The notes under the pieces: model-generated
The model's input: the letters and a program-made list of their open reading frames with translations, nothing else
Told to the model about the DNA's origin: nothing
Database searches by the model: none
Source: Thermoplasmata archaeon
Lineage (GTDB): Archaea; Thermoplasmatota; Thermoplasmata; Lutacidiplasmatales; UBA184
Length of the DNA: 44,540 nucleotides
Assembly (NCBI GenBank): GCA_035945735.1
Contig: DASYZY010000123.1
Coordinates: forward strand, 1 to 44,540
Direction: 5' to 3'
Program-made: the position numbers and the translations under genes
Part shown: in pieces, positions 32,048 to 40,978 of the stretch
Layout: every line of letters begins with the position of its first letter
Numbering within the stretch: the stretch's first letter is position 1

Positions 32048-33222
32048 AGATCGTCTTCTACGCGCACCTCCACCAGCCGTGGCGTCTCGCCCGGTTCCGC
32101 TACCTGGACCTGGGCAGCGGGCGGCCGTACTTCGACGTCGAGCGGAACCTCGCGATCTTCCGGCGGATCGCCGAGCAGTGCTACCGGCCGGCGATGGGCC
32201 GGCTGCGCGATTCGCTCGAGCGGCACCCGGAGTTCCGGTTCTCGCTCTCGGTCACCGGCACCTGGATCGAGCAGGCGCGCGAGGCCGCGCCCGACGTGAT
32301 CGATCTCCTGCGCGATCTCGTACGTACCGGCCGAGTCGCCATCCTGTCGGAGACGTACTACCACTCGCTCGCCTTCCTGGTCCCCCCACCGGAGCTCGAG
32401 GAGGAGGTCGCCCTCCATCGCCGGCTCGTCAACGAAGTGCTGGGGGTCACGCCGAGCGTGCTGCGCATGACCGAGCTCGCCTACTCCGACGAGCTCGCCC
32501 AGTTCGCCTCGGCGCACGGCTTCAAGGGCATGCTCGCCGAGGGGTGGGAAGGGGTGCTGCGGGGCCACCCGCCGACCGAGCGATACACGTCCGTCGCGGC
32601 CACCGAGCTCTCCGTGCTCCTGCGGCACTACCGGCTCTCGGACGACGTCGGCTTCCGATTCTCCTCCAAGAGCTGGAACGAATACCCGCTCACGAGCGAG
32701 AAGTACGCCCACTGGATCGCTCAGACGCCCGGGGAGATGGTCGGGATCTTCCTCGACTTCGAGACCTTCGGCGAGCACCATCCGGCGTCGACCGGGATCC
32801 TGGACTTCCTTTCCGCCCTCCCGGACTCGGTCGCCCGGGAACACCACCTCGGCTGGGCCACGGTCGAGGACGCGCTGAGCCTGCCGAACGCCGGCCCGTT
32901 CTCGGCCCCGGTCACGCTCACGTGGGCCGACCAGAACCGGGACCTCGGCGCCTGGCTCGGCAACGACCTGCAGCGCTCGGCCTTCGAGGCCGCGAAGAAG
33001 GCCGGTACGCTCGTTCGGCGCGCGGGGGATGCCGAGCTACTGACCCGATGGCGGAAGCTCCTGACCTCCGACCACTTCTACTACATGTACCTCGGCGGGC
33101 ACGGCGCCGATCTCGGCGTCCACCAGTACTTCAGCTCCTACGGGAGCCCGTACGACGCCTACGCGAACTACATGAACGCGCTCACGGACCTGCGCGACCG
33201 CGCGCTCGAAGAGCTTCGATAG
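32044..33222 (+). CDS. glycoside hydrolase family 57 protein
   Basis: The ATG at 32044 overlaps the GT4 stop (ATGA). MKIVFYAHLHQPWR... and FLDFETFGEH are characteristic of GH57 enzymes. Confidence 0.8.
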   Translation: MKIVFYAHLHQPWRLARFRYLDLGSGRPYFDVERNLAIFRRIAEQCYRPAMGRLRDSLERHPEFRFSLSVTGTWIEQAREAAPDVIDLLRDLVRTGRVAILSETYYHSLAFLVPPPELEEEVALHRRLVNEVLGVTPSVLRMTELAYSDELAQFASAHGFKGMLAEGWEGVLRGHPPTERYTSVAATELSVLLRHYRLSDDVGFRFSSKSWNEYPLTSEKYAHWIAQTPGEMVGIFLDFETFGEHHPASTGILDFLSALPDSVAREHHLGWATVEDALSLPNAGPFSAPVTLTWADQNRDLGAWLGNDLQRSAFEAAKKAGTLVRRAGDAELLTRWRKLLTSDHFYYMYLGGHGADLGVHQYFSSYGSPYDAYANYMNALTDLRDRALEELR

Positions 33223-33283
33223 AGCTCAGGGAAGGGGTTGGTGCGGCGGAGCGGTCGCCCCGCCGCAGGCGGAGGGTCCTGTT

Positions 33284-33865
33284 CTACAGTCCGCCGGAGA
33301 TCCCGCCGACCGAGACGTTCGGGACCAGCTGGATCACCAGGAACATCAGGACCAGCGACACGATGATCACCAGTCCGTTGAACCGGCGCTCCCAAGCCAG
33401 GTAGTTGTACTCTTCGGGCTTGCTCTCAGCCGTCGGCTTGAGGCTGTACTGCATCCGCAGCGCCGAGCCCACGATGATCGCGGAGAAGCCCAGGACGAGC
33501 AGGATGCGGCCGATCAGTGTCGCGGTCGCGGCCCCGCTGAGGTAGTTCTGTGTGCAGTTCGCCGACGGGCTCGTGATACACCCGGAGGGCGGGTTCGTGC
33601 CGATCACGACCACGAGGGCCGCGACGAAGATGAGAACGAATCCGAGCAGCCGGAATATGGTGACGAACGCGCTCGCGGAGTGCTCCATCTTCTCCATTCG
33701 GTTCTGCATCGCCATCATCGGGTTCTGGTTCTGACCCATCGGCGACGCCGGAGGCTGTCCCTGGGGGCTCCACGCGGGAGGGGGTGGGGACTGGCCCCAG
33801 TTCGGCGGCGGTGGCGGGTTCTGGCCCCAGCCCGAGGGGGGCGGGGGCGGAGGGGTAGCGCCCAT
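33284..33865 (-). CDS. membrane protein with Pro-rich N-terminal repeats (about 4 TM)
   Basis: The N-terminus is PPPPPPSGWGQNPPPPPNWGQSPPPPAWSPQGQPP. Four hydrophobic helices follow. Confidence 0.65.
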   Translation of the reverse strand: MGATPPPPPPSGWGQNPPPPPNWGQSPPPPAWSPQGQPPASPMGQNQNPMMAMQNRMEKMEHSASAFVTIFRLLGFVLIFVAALVVVIGTNPPSGCITSPSANCTQNYLSGAATATLIGRILLVLGFSAIIVGSALRMQYSLKPTAESKPEEYNYLAWERRFNGLVIIVSLVLMFLVIQLVPNVSVGGISGGL

Positions 33866-33936
33866 GGACTACGGCACCCGGGGACATGGGCATTAAAACT
33901 ATCGTTCGGCAGGGAGGAGGTCTCCCGACGGGAAAG

Positions 33937-34974
33937 CTAGTTAGCCATGACGCTGGCCGCCCGGACCGCCCAGGACTCGACCCCTTCCGGGGCGAAGGCG
34001 AAATCGACCGGTCGGCCGCCGGAGCGGGTGACCGCCTTGGCGACCTCCTGGCGGCGCTGGAAGTCGCAGAAGAGCAGCAGGTAGCCTCCGCCGCCGGCCC
34101 CGGTCAGCTTGCCCCCGAGCGCGCCGGCCTCCCGGGCCCGATCGTAGAGCGCGTCGATGCCGGGGTTGGTGACCGCCTCGGTGAACTTCTTCTTGGCCTC
34201 CCAGCCGCGGTGGAGGAGCTCGCCCATCGCATCGAGATCGCCCGTGAGCAGCGCCTTCTTCATGTCGAAGGCCAGGTGCTTGGCCTCGTCGAGCGCCTCC
34301 ACGGTCCCCGCGTTGCCCTCCCGGTAGGCCTTGGTCTGGTTCTCGATCAGGGTCCCGGAAAACCGGGTGGCGCCCGTGAAGCAGAGCATGAGACGGTAGG
34401 CGAGCTCGTTGCGGACCTCCGGGTCGATCCGGAGCGAGTTGACGACGGTCGAGCCCTTGGAGAACTCCATGAAGTTGAAGCCGCCGAAGGCCGCGGCGTA
34501 CTGGTCCTGGCGGCCGCCGGGGTCGCCGAGCTCGACCCGCTCGATGGTGTAGGCGAGCTCCGCGAGCTCGTAGGTGGTCATCGGCCGCTTCAGGTACCGA
34601 CCGAAGAGGGCGACCAGGGCGACCGTCAGGGTCGACGAGCTGCCGAGCCCGGTGCGCGGCGGGGCGTCGGAGTGCAGGAAGATCTCGACCTCCTGGTCGG
34701 TGCGGTGGAAATGCTTCAGCACTGCCTTCACGAGGTCGAGCTCGCCGTTGTAGACGAGCTCCTGCGGGGTCCGAAACGTCGCGTCGAGGTCGAAGTCGAG
34801 CGAGCGCACGCGGGCGCTTCCGCCCCCGGACTTGGCCCGAAGCGTCGCGTACGCGAACTTGTCGATCGTGGCGTTCAGGACCGCGCCGCCCCGTTCCTCG
34901 GGGTACGGGCTCACGTCGGTCCCGCCCCCGGCGAAGGAGATCCGCAGCGGGGCCTTCGCCCGGAGGATTTCCAT
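33937..34974 (-). CDS. GHMP-family sugar kinase
   Basis: The start is at the internal ATG (MEILRAKAPLRISFAGGGTD). The GHMP motif is PPRTGLGSSSTLTVALV, and the C-terminal motif is GGKLTGAGGGGYLLLF. Confidence 0.85.
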   Translation of the reverse strand: MEILRAKAPLRISFAGGGTDVSPYPEERGGAVLNATIDKFAYATLRAKSGGGSARVRSLDFDLDATFRTPQELVYNGELDLVKAVLKHFHRTDQEVEIFLHSDAPPRTGLGSSSTLTVALVALFGRYLKRPMTTYELAELAYTIERVELGDPGGRQDQYAAAFGGFNFMEFSKGSTVVNSLRIDPEVRNELAYRLMLCFTGATRFSGTLIENQTKAYREGNAGTVEALDEAKHLAFDMKKALLTGDLDAMGELLHRGWEAKKKFTEAVTNPGIDALYDRAREAGALGGKLTGAGGGGYLLLFCDFQRRQEVAKAVTRSGGRPVDFAFAPEGVESWAVRAASVMAN

Positions 34975-35029
34975 CGACGGCGCGCGAGCGCTCCATATCT
35001 TGATAAGAGTGCCGCATTCCGGGCGCGAG

Positions 35030-35455
35030 ATGCCCGAGGAGAGCGGGAAATCCGGCGGCCGGAAGCTCCGCACCTTCCTCCGGACCTACCGGTTCCCGAT
35101 CGCGGTGGTCATCTTCGTCGTGGGCGACGTGCTGAGCGCGCTCGCGATCGGCGACTTCACGCCGCTGTCGAACACCCCCGCCTTCTCTTCGATCGATTCG
35201 GTGACGAACGCGCCGGACGGGACGAACTACAACCTCCTGTTCGTGGTCCTCGGACCCATCGTCGCGATCATCGGGGCGTACTTCGTCGGGGCCTACCTCG
35301 TGGCGCGGCGCAAGTTCGAGCACCTGATGGAGACCAAGAGCAAGGCGGAGTTCCTCCGGAACATCCCCGAGCTCGAGCAGCTCCTGTGGGACCTGACGCC
35401 CCACGACGAGGAGCGGTACTTCGACAAGCGGATCGAACTGCGCGTCCGCCGCTAG
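35030..35455 (+). CDS. small 2-TM membrane protein, hypothetical
   Basis: The internal ATG at 35030 lies downstream of the AT-rich TGATAAGA (35001-35008), divergent from the GHMP kinase gene. Two TM helices are followed by a charged C-terminal helix. Confidence 0.6.
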   Translation: MPEESGKSGGRKLRTFLRTYRFPIAVVIFVVGDVLSALAIGDFTPLSNTPAFSSIDSVTNAPDGTNYNLLFVVLGPIVAIIGAYFVGAYLVARRKFEHLMETKSKAEFLRNIPELEQLLWDLTPHDEERYFDKRIELRVRR

Positions 35456-35501
35456 GGTCGCGGCGCGGCCCCGTAAAGTAGTCCCGCCCGGTCGACGGCC
35501 G

Positions 35502-36407
35502 ATGGCCGGCTCCGCCGGGCTGGAAAAGGTGCGGGAGTTCCGGCTCCGGCCGATCGACAAGCCCGAGGAGCTGCGCGCCGCCGAGGGGCTCGAGCGGCAG
35601 GCGATGGGCGGGGGCGACGAGGTCCCCGTCTCGGTGTCGGTCCTCCGGGCGGCCCAGGAGCACGGAGGCCTCGTCTTCGGCGCCTTCGCCGACATCTACC
35701 TCGCCGGTGTGGGCGCCGACCTGCTCGGCTGGGACGGCACCGAGCTGTACCGGTACGCGCTCCTCACGGCCGTACTTCCCGAGTACCAGCACCACCAGCT
35801 CGCCTACCGGCTCATGCTCTTCCGCCGCGAGTCGGCGCTCCAGCAGGGGCTCCCGGCGATCCGCTGGACCTTCGACCCGCTGCGCCGCCGCGCGGCACGG
35901 CTGTCGATCCGCCGCCTCGGGGCGCGACCGGAGAAGTACCTCCCGCACCACCTCGGCCGCCTCGCGTGGACGGAGGAGGCGGGCCTCGACACCGACCGAC
36001 TGCGGGTCCGCTGGCCCATCGCCGAGCCGGCGATCGAGACCCGCCTGGCAGCTCCCCCCGCCGCATCCGAGGATGACCGGGCGCTCTGGGAACCGGCCCG
36101 GCCGATCCTGACGACCGAGCCGGGTGAGCACGGGCTCCGCGCTCCGGTCGCCGTCGAAGAACCGGTCGGCCCCTCGGCCCACCTCGAGATCCCGTTCGAT
36201 CTCGCGGCGGTGCGAGAGCACGAGCCCGAGGCGCTGCCCCGATGGCGGTACGCGGTGCGGGACGGGTTCCGCGCCGCCCAGGACCTGGGCTACGAGGTGA
36301 CCGACTTCCTGGCGTTCGCGGTGGAGCACGAGCGACGCTGCTTCTACCTGCTCCGTCCCGTCTCGAAGGCCCCCGCCCCCTCCCCCGCGGCCGCCGAAGC
36401 CCCCTAA
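35502..36407 (+). CDS. GNAT-like acetyltransferase-fold protein (COG3375-like), tentative
   Basis: 301 aa. AVLPEYQHHQLAYRLMLFRRESALQQGLPAIRWTFDPL resembles the acetyl-CoA-binding core of GNAT-type proteins. Confidence 0.45.
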   Translation: MAGSAGLEKVREFRLRPIDKPEELRAAEGLERQAMGGGDEVPVSVSVLRAAQEHGGLVFGAFADIYLAGVGADLLGWDGTELYRYALLTAVLPEYQHHQLAYRLMLFRRESALQQGLPAIRWTFDPLRRRAARLSIRRLGARPEKYLPHHLGRLAWTEEAGLDTDRLRVRWPIAEPAIETRLAAPPAASEDDRALWEPARPILTTEPGEHGLRAPVAVEEPVGPSAHLEIPFDLAAVREHEPEALPRWRYAVRDGFRAAQDLGYEVTDFLAFAVEHERRCFYLLRPVSKAPAPSPAAAEAP

Positions 36408-36431
36408 GTACGGGCCCCGCGCTGTACGAGC

Positions 36432-37376
36432 ATGCCGCGCCCGCCGGGCGACCCCCGCCGATGGAGGTTGCTCATCGTCCTCCTGCTGGCGGTCGGCTTC
36501 GGCGCGGTGGCGGCGTTCATCGCCTCACCCGCTCCGAGCGCGCACTCCGGCACACCGAGCTACCATCCGTACCACCCGACTCCGGCGGTGATCTTCGTCG
36601 ACCTCCTGGCCGTGGGGGTTCCGACCGTCTTCGCCGGGTGGATCATCTGGCTCCTGACGATGCGCGTCCGGGGCCAGACCATGCCGATGGCCTACTCGGC
36701 CATCATCTTCGTACTGGTCCTGCTCGCCATGGTCGTCTTCCTGTCGGTCGTCGGCCTGCTCCACCAATCGGCCTGGCCCACGCAATCCTCCCCGGGGACC
36801 CCCACCGCGGGCACCGGCAATCCGGGCGGCCCGGGGGTCAACAGCAGCTGCACGAACTGCACGGGCGGCTCCCCTGCCCCGCCCATCGCCTTCCCCACCT
36901 GGGCGCTCGGCACCCTCGCCTTCTCCGGTCTCGCCATCGCGGGCCTCATCGTCCTCCTGTACGTCCTCACCTTCCGACGCTCGCCCTCGGCGGCCGGCGC
37001 AGAGGATCCGCGCGACGCCCTTCGACGCGAGCTGCGTCGGGCGCTCCAGCAGTTCGCCGATAGCGAGCCCGAGGACCCGCGTCAGATCATCCTCGCCCTG
37101 TACGCCCGGCTGCTGCTCCACATCCAGCCGCGCATGGCCGCGACCGAGCCCCTCACTCCACGGGAGATCGAGCGGACGCTCGTCGCCCATCTGGGCATCC
37201 GACCCGTCCCCGCCGAGCGGCTCACCCGGATCTTCGAAGAGGCCCGCTACTCCTCCCGACCCATGTCGGCGGAGATGGTGGCCGAGACCCGGGCGGCCCT
37301 CGGCCAGGTGCTGGAGGATCTGGGCGGCGTGATACCGGCGCCGCTCGCGGCCCCCCTCGCCTCCGGCGGCCCGTAG
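36432..37376 (+). CDS. membrane protein with C-terminal DUF4129-like domain
   Basis: Several TM helices are followed by LTPREIERTLVAHLGIRPVPAERLTRIFEEARYSSRPMS (the DUF4129 pattern TPRE...FE.ARY). It lies in a MoxR/DUF58 operon. Confidence 0.55.
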   Translation: MPRPPGDPRRWRLLIVLLLAVGFGAVAAFIASPAPSAHSGTPSYHPYHPTPAVIFVDLLAVGVPTVFAGWIIWLLTMRVRGQTMPMAYSAIIFVLVLLAMVVFLSVVGLLHQSAWPTQSSPGTPTAGTGNPGGPGVNSSCTNCTGGSPAPPIAFPTWALGTLAFSGLAIAGLIVLLYVLTFRRSPSAAGAEDPRDALRRELRRALQQFADSEPEDPRQIILALYARLLLHIQPRMAATEPLTPREIERTLVAHLGIRPVPAERLTRIFEEARYSSRPMSAEMVAETRAALGQVLEDLGGVIPAPLAAPLASGGP

Positions 37377-37427
37377 GGAAATCTCCATCCCCGCGGGGGC
37401 CCTTCCCCCGCGCCCGAAAGGCCGGTC

Positions 37428-38489
37428 ATGACTCTCGATCCCGCTTCGATCGCCGACTCGGACGAGTGGCTCGGAGAGGAACTGCGGCGGACCGGTCCCG
37501 TCCCCGCGGCGCCGAGCCGCTGGTTCGCCTCCTTCCCGGCGCTCGTCCTGCTGGTCACCTTCACCCTCGGCGTCGGGGTCGCCGCGAGCTTCCTCGCACC
37601 GGGGATCAGCGGCTTCCCATCGAATCCGTTCGGCGGCGGCGGCGTCCACGGCACCAACAATTCGACGCAGCTCCCGATCAACGGCACGAACCCGGTCGCT
37701 CCGCCCCCCAACCCGGATCCGAGCAAGCTCCCCACCCCGAACAACAACTCGACCGGCAGCAACACGACCGGGTGCACGGGCGGCCACACCGGGGGATGCA
37801 CCAATGGCACCGGCACCAACGGCACCGGGACCAATGGGACCGGCCCCGGCGGCAATGGCACCGGGCCGTGTACGACCAACTGCTCCGCTGGCCCGCAGGG
37901 GCCCGGCAACAACTCCTCCACCCCGGTCCGGCACGCTCCGCCCCCTCCGAAGACGATCGCCGTCGACCGATTGCCGTGGCTTTCCTGGCAGCCGCAGCTC
38001 CTGATCGCGATCTCCGCTGTTACCGCCATCGGGTCGCTCGTTGCTCTCGTCGCGTTCGACGCCGTCCGGCCGCCTCCGTCCACGCCGGGCGATCCCTGGC
38101 GCTTCCAGCGGAAGCGCCCGCCGAATCGCGCCGCGCCGATCGACGCCCAGGAGGCCGTGAGCGAGGCCGCGCGGCGGCTGGAGGCCGCCCTCGCCATCGG
38201 CTACACCTTGCCTCGGGAGGAGTTGCGCGGCCACATCTTCGCGCTCTACGGGGCGCTGCTCGACGCGTTGGCTCCCGCGCTCGGCGAGCTGAGCGCCCGC
38301 ACGCCGCGCGAGGTGGAGTGGCTCTCGGTCCGCTACCTCGGCGTGTCGCCCGAGACGGCGCGCTGGCTCACTGGCCTGTTCGAGGAGGCGCGCTACTCCT
38401 CCCACCCGATCCCACCGGAGTCCGTCGGCTCCGCGCGCACGGTCCTCGCCCGACTGCTCCAAGAGCTGCAGCGGTTCGTGGGGCGGTAG
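37428..38489 (+). CDS. membrane protein with DUF4129-like domain and N-glycosylation sequon array
   Basis: The C-terminal RTPREVEWLSVRYLGVSPETARWLTGLFEEARYSSHPI is paralogous to the previous gene. The ectodomain contains NGTGTNGTGTNGTGPGGNGTG. Confidence 0.55.
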   Translation: MTLDPASIADSDEWLGEELRRTGPVPAAPSRWFASFPALVLLVTFTLGVGVAASFLAPGISGFPSNPFGGGGVHGTNNSTQLPINGTNPVAPPPNPDPSKLPTPNNNSTGSNTTGCTGGHTGGCTNGTGTNGTGTNGTGPGGNGTGPCTTNCSAGPQGPGNNSSTPVRHAPPPPKTIAVDRLPWLSWQPQLLIAISAVTAIGSLVALVAFDAVRPPPSTPGDPWRFQRKRPPNRAAPIDAQEAVSEAARRLEAALAIGYTLPREELRGHIFALYGALLDALAPALGELSARTPREVEWLSVRYLGVSPETARWLTGLFEEARYSSHPIPPESVGSARTVLARLLQELQRFVGR

Positions 38490-38896
38490 TGGCCATCCGA
38501 CCGCTGACGGGACTCCTCGCGATCGTCGCCGCCGTCGGCGGCGCGCTCGCGTTCTTCGCGGGCTCCAACCTGTCCCTCGCGGTGCCGGCGGCCGGGCTCG
38601 GCGTCGTCTGCGCCGCCGCGGCGGCCGGACTTGTGCTCGCCGGCGGGGCGCGGATCCGGCCCCCGCCGGCGCCGGAGCGACTGGCCGACGCGCCGGTCGA
38701 GCTCCTGGACGCCTTCCAGTCCGGCCGCCTCGGTCGGGTGAGCATCATCGCCGCGGTCCGCCGACTGAGCCGCTCCGTGGACGAGGGCCGCGAGCTCCTG
38801 AGCGTGGGCGAGGAGGATCGCCTCCTGGAGGCGCCGGAGCCGGAGTTCCTCCGTTGGGTCGACTCGGAGCTCACACGGCTGGAGCGCGCGTCGTGA
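38489..38896 (+). CDS. small membrane protein, hypothetical (paralog of the truncated ORF at 1..353)
   Basis: The GTG at 38489 overlaps the last base of the upstream TAG. It has two N-terminal TM helices. The C-terminal ...FLRWVDSELTRLERAS is similar to the tail of ORF 1..353. Confidence 0.5.
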   Translation: MAIRPLTGLLAIVAAVGGALAFFAGSNLSLAVPAAGLGVVCAAAAAGLVLAGGARIRPPPAPERLADAPVELLDAFQSGRLGRVSIIAAVRRLSRSVDEGRELLSVGEEDRLLEAPEPEFLRWVDSELTRLERAS

Positions 38897-40185
38897 GCCC
38901 GCCCCCCTCGCCCCCCCGCGTCGTGTGGACCGGGCGGGGCGTGCTGCTCGTCGGTGCCGGCGCGTATCTCGCCCTCCTCGCCGTCGCCTTCCGCTCGCCC
39001 ATTCCTCTGTTCCTCGGGGTGCCGCTCCTATTGGCCCCCGTGGGCTCCGGTCTGCTGCTGCCCCGGGTCGGTCTCCGGGCTCGGCTCGAGTGGACGGAGA
39101 CCGGGTCCGCCGGCGCGGTCCGGATCGCCGGCCGTCTCACGGTAGAGCCGGCGATGTCCGCGTCCCAGCTGTACCCGCAGTTCCGCTTCCCGGAGCCCCT
39201 CAAGCAGCCGGTCCCCCCGACCCTCGAGCCCATCGGGGCCGAGCTCCGGTTCGTCGCGGACATGGTGCTGCCATTCCCGTGCGTCGTCGAGGTCCCGCTC
39301 CCCGAGCTCCGGTGGCGCGACCCGCTCGGCCTCGTCGAGGTCCCGGTCGTGGTCGAAGGGGAGACGCTCGCGGTGGAGCGGTACCCGCCGGAGCTCCGGC
39401 GGCTCGGCCGCGTGAACCTCCGCCGGACGACCACGCTGCCGGGGGAGGTCCGCTCGCCGGCGATCGGCGGGAGCGGCGAGTTCCACGCCGTGCGCCCGGC
39501 GGCCCCCACCGATGCCGCGCGCCGGATCAACTGGCGGGCGACCGCCCGCAAGGGCGCGCTCGTGGCGAACGACTTCCGGCTCGAGCGCACCGGGGACCTG
39601 CTCATCCTGCTCGATGTCCGGCCGACCTCGGCCGGCCCGGCGCGCGACGAGGTCCTCCTCTCGCTCTCCCGGGCCGCGGCCGCCGGCCTCGCTTCCGGAT
39701 TCCTCGACGCCAAGAGCCGCGTCGGGGTCGGCGTCTTCGGCGAGTTCCTGGAGGCGGTCCCGCTCGGTAGCGGCCGCCGGCAGCGCTACCGGATCCGCCG
39801 GTTGCTCCGGCGCGCTCGGATGACCACGAACCCGGGCCCCCCCGAGCGCCTCGCGATCGGGCTGCGCCAGTACGTTCCGCCCGGCGTGCTCACCGTGCTG
39901 CTCAGCCCGATGTCGGAGGAGGAGCAGCTGCTCCTCCTGCCCCACCTGCGCCGACGGGGCTACCCGGTGCTGGTCGTGAGCCCCTCGCCGATCCCGCTCC
40001 TGGTCCCGCCGGAGAAGAACTCCGTCCGCGACCGGCTCGCGCGCCGACTGCTCGCCCTCGATCGGCGCCGGCGGCTCGCTGAGGTATGGCGCGAGGCTCC
40101 TGTCGTCGACTGGAGCGAGTACTGGTCGCTCGCCCAGCTCGTCGTGTTCTTCCGGCAACCGGTTCGCCGCGAGGTGAGCCGGTGA
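38893..40185 (+). CDS. DUF58 (VWA-like) domain protein
   Basis: GTGA overlap. It has an N-terminal TM hairpin. The DUF58 signature is GEFHAVRPAAPTDAARRINWRATARKGALVANDFRLER. Confidence 0.8.
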   Translation: MSPPPSPPRVVWTGRGVLLVGAGAYLALLAVAFRSPIPLFLGVPLLLAPVGSGLLLPRVGLRARLEWTETGSAGAVRIAGRLTVEPAMSASQLYPQFRFPEPLKQPVPPTLEPIGAELRFVADMVLPFPCVVEVPLPELRWRDPLGLVEVPVVVEGETLAVERYPPELRRLGRVNLRRTTTLPGEVRSPAIGGSGEFHAVRPAAPTDAARRINWRATARKGALVANDFRLERTGDLLILLDVRPTSAGPARDEVLLSLSRAAAAGLASGFLDAKSRVGVGVFGEFLEAVPLGSGRRQRYRIRRLLRRARMTTNPGPPERLAIGLRQYVPPGVLTVLLSPMSEEEQLLLLPHLRRRGYPVLVVSPSPIPLLVPPEKNSVRDRLARRLLALDRRRRLAEVWREAPVVDWSEYWSLAQLVVFFRQPVRREVSR

Positions 40186-40718
40186 CCCCCGCGAGCCGGG
40201 ATGGACCGGCCATCCGCCCCGAGTGGGTGGCGCTCCTGCTGCTGGTCGCCGCCGGATTCCTGCTCGGCATCGGTTCCTCGGTCGGGCCGCTGTTCGGCAT
40301 CGCGATCCCCTCCGGCGGTATCGTGCTCGGGCTCCTCGTCCGCCGGTTCCTGCCGGTCACCGGGCGGACCCTCTCGACGATCCCCATCGTCGCGGGCCTG
40401 AGCGCGGTCGCTGCCTACGACCCGATCAGCGCGGTCGGGGAGCTGACCGCCGGCGGCGCCGGCCTGGCCCTGCTACTGTGGCTGGCGAGCGAGCCGTACC
40501 CCCGCGGCCGGTGGATGGACGTGGTCGGCGCGCTCCTGTTGCCCTCGCTCGCCGTGCTCGTCGGCATCCTCGCCAGCGTGGCGCTCCCAGGAGCTCCGGA
40601 CGCCTTCGGCGCCGCCGCGGGACTGCTGGTCACGGAGCTACTGTTCGCCGCCTGGCTCTACAGCCACCCCGGGGAGCTCGCCGACGCCGGCCGCTCCCCG
40701 GCCCCGTCATCGATTTAG
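40182..40718 (+). CDS. polytopic membrane protein, hypothetical
   Basis: GTGA overlap with the DUF58 gene. About 5 hydrophobic helices. Its position is analogous to 2707..3537. Confidence 0.55.
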   Translation: MTPASRDGPAIRPEWVALLLLVAAGFLLGIGSSVGPLFGIAIPSGGIVLGLLVRRFLPVTGRTLSTIPIVAGLSAVAAYDPISAVGELTAGGAGLALLLWLASEPYPRGRWMDVVGALLLPSLAVLVGILASVALPGAPDAFGAAAGLLVTELLFAAWLYSHPGELADAGRSPAPSSI

Positions 40719-40978
40719 CCCCGGGGGGAGATGGCGGGACGGGCCGCGAAGGCGGCGCCCGGTCCCCGACGAAGGGTCCCTCTTGACCTCCGCGGGCGAG
40801 TCGCCCGCACGGGATGAAGCGAGGACAACCCCGGGGCCCGAAACCCCCGGCCGGGGTCAGGACGCCGAGAGGGCCGGACGGCCACCTCTGACGCGCTCCG
40901 TTACGGCTGGGGCATACGGGGAGCTCGGGGCGTTCGGGCCAAATACAGGCGGCCGCCTCGGCGCGACCGGTACTCCCG

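Noticed and set aside
33223-33283. GC-rich hairpin GCGGCGG-N10-CCGCCGC between convergent genes, as an intrinsic terminator
   Set aside because: Archaeal termination is mainly oligo-T dependent and no T-tract follows. A hairpin of this size is expected by chance in such GC-rich DNA.
36525-38462. 645-aa minus-strand ORF and other long antisense ORFs (38871..39713, 39028..40158, 37247..38197)
   Set aside because: These are antisense shadows of the DUF4129/DUF58 operon. They show low-complexity Arg/Gly/Asp composition and no motifs.
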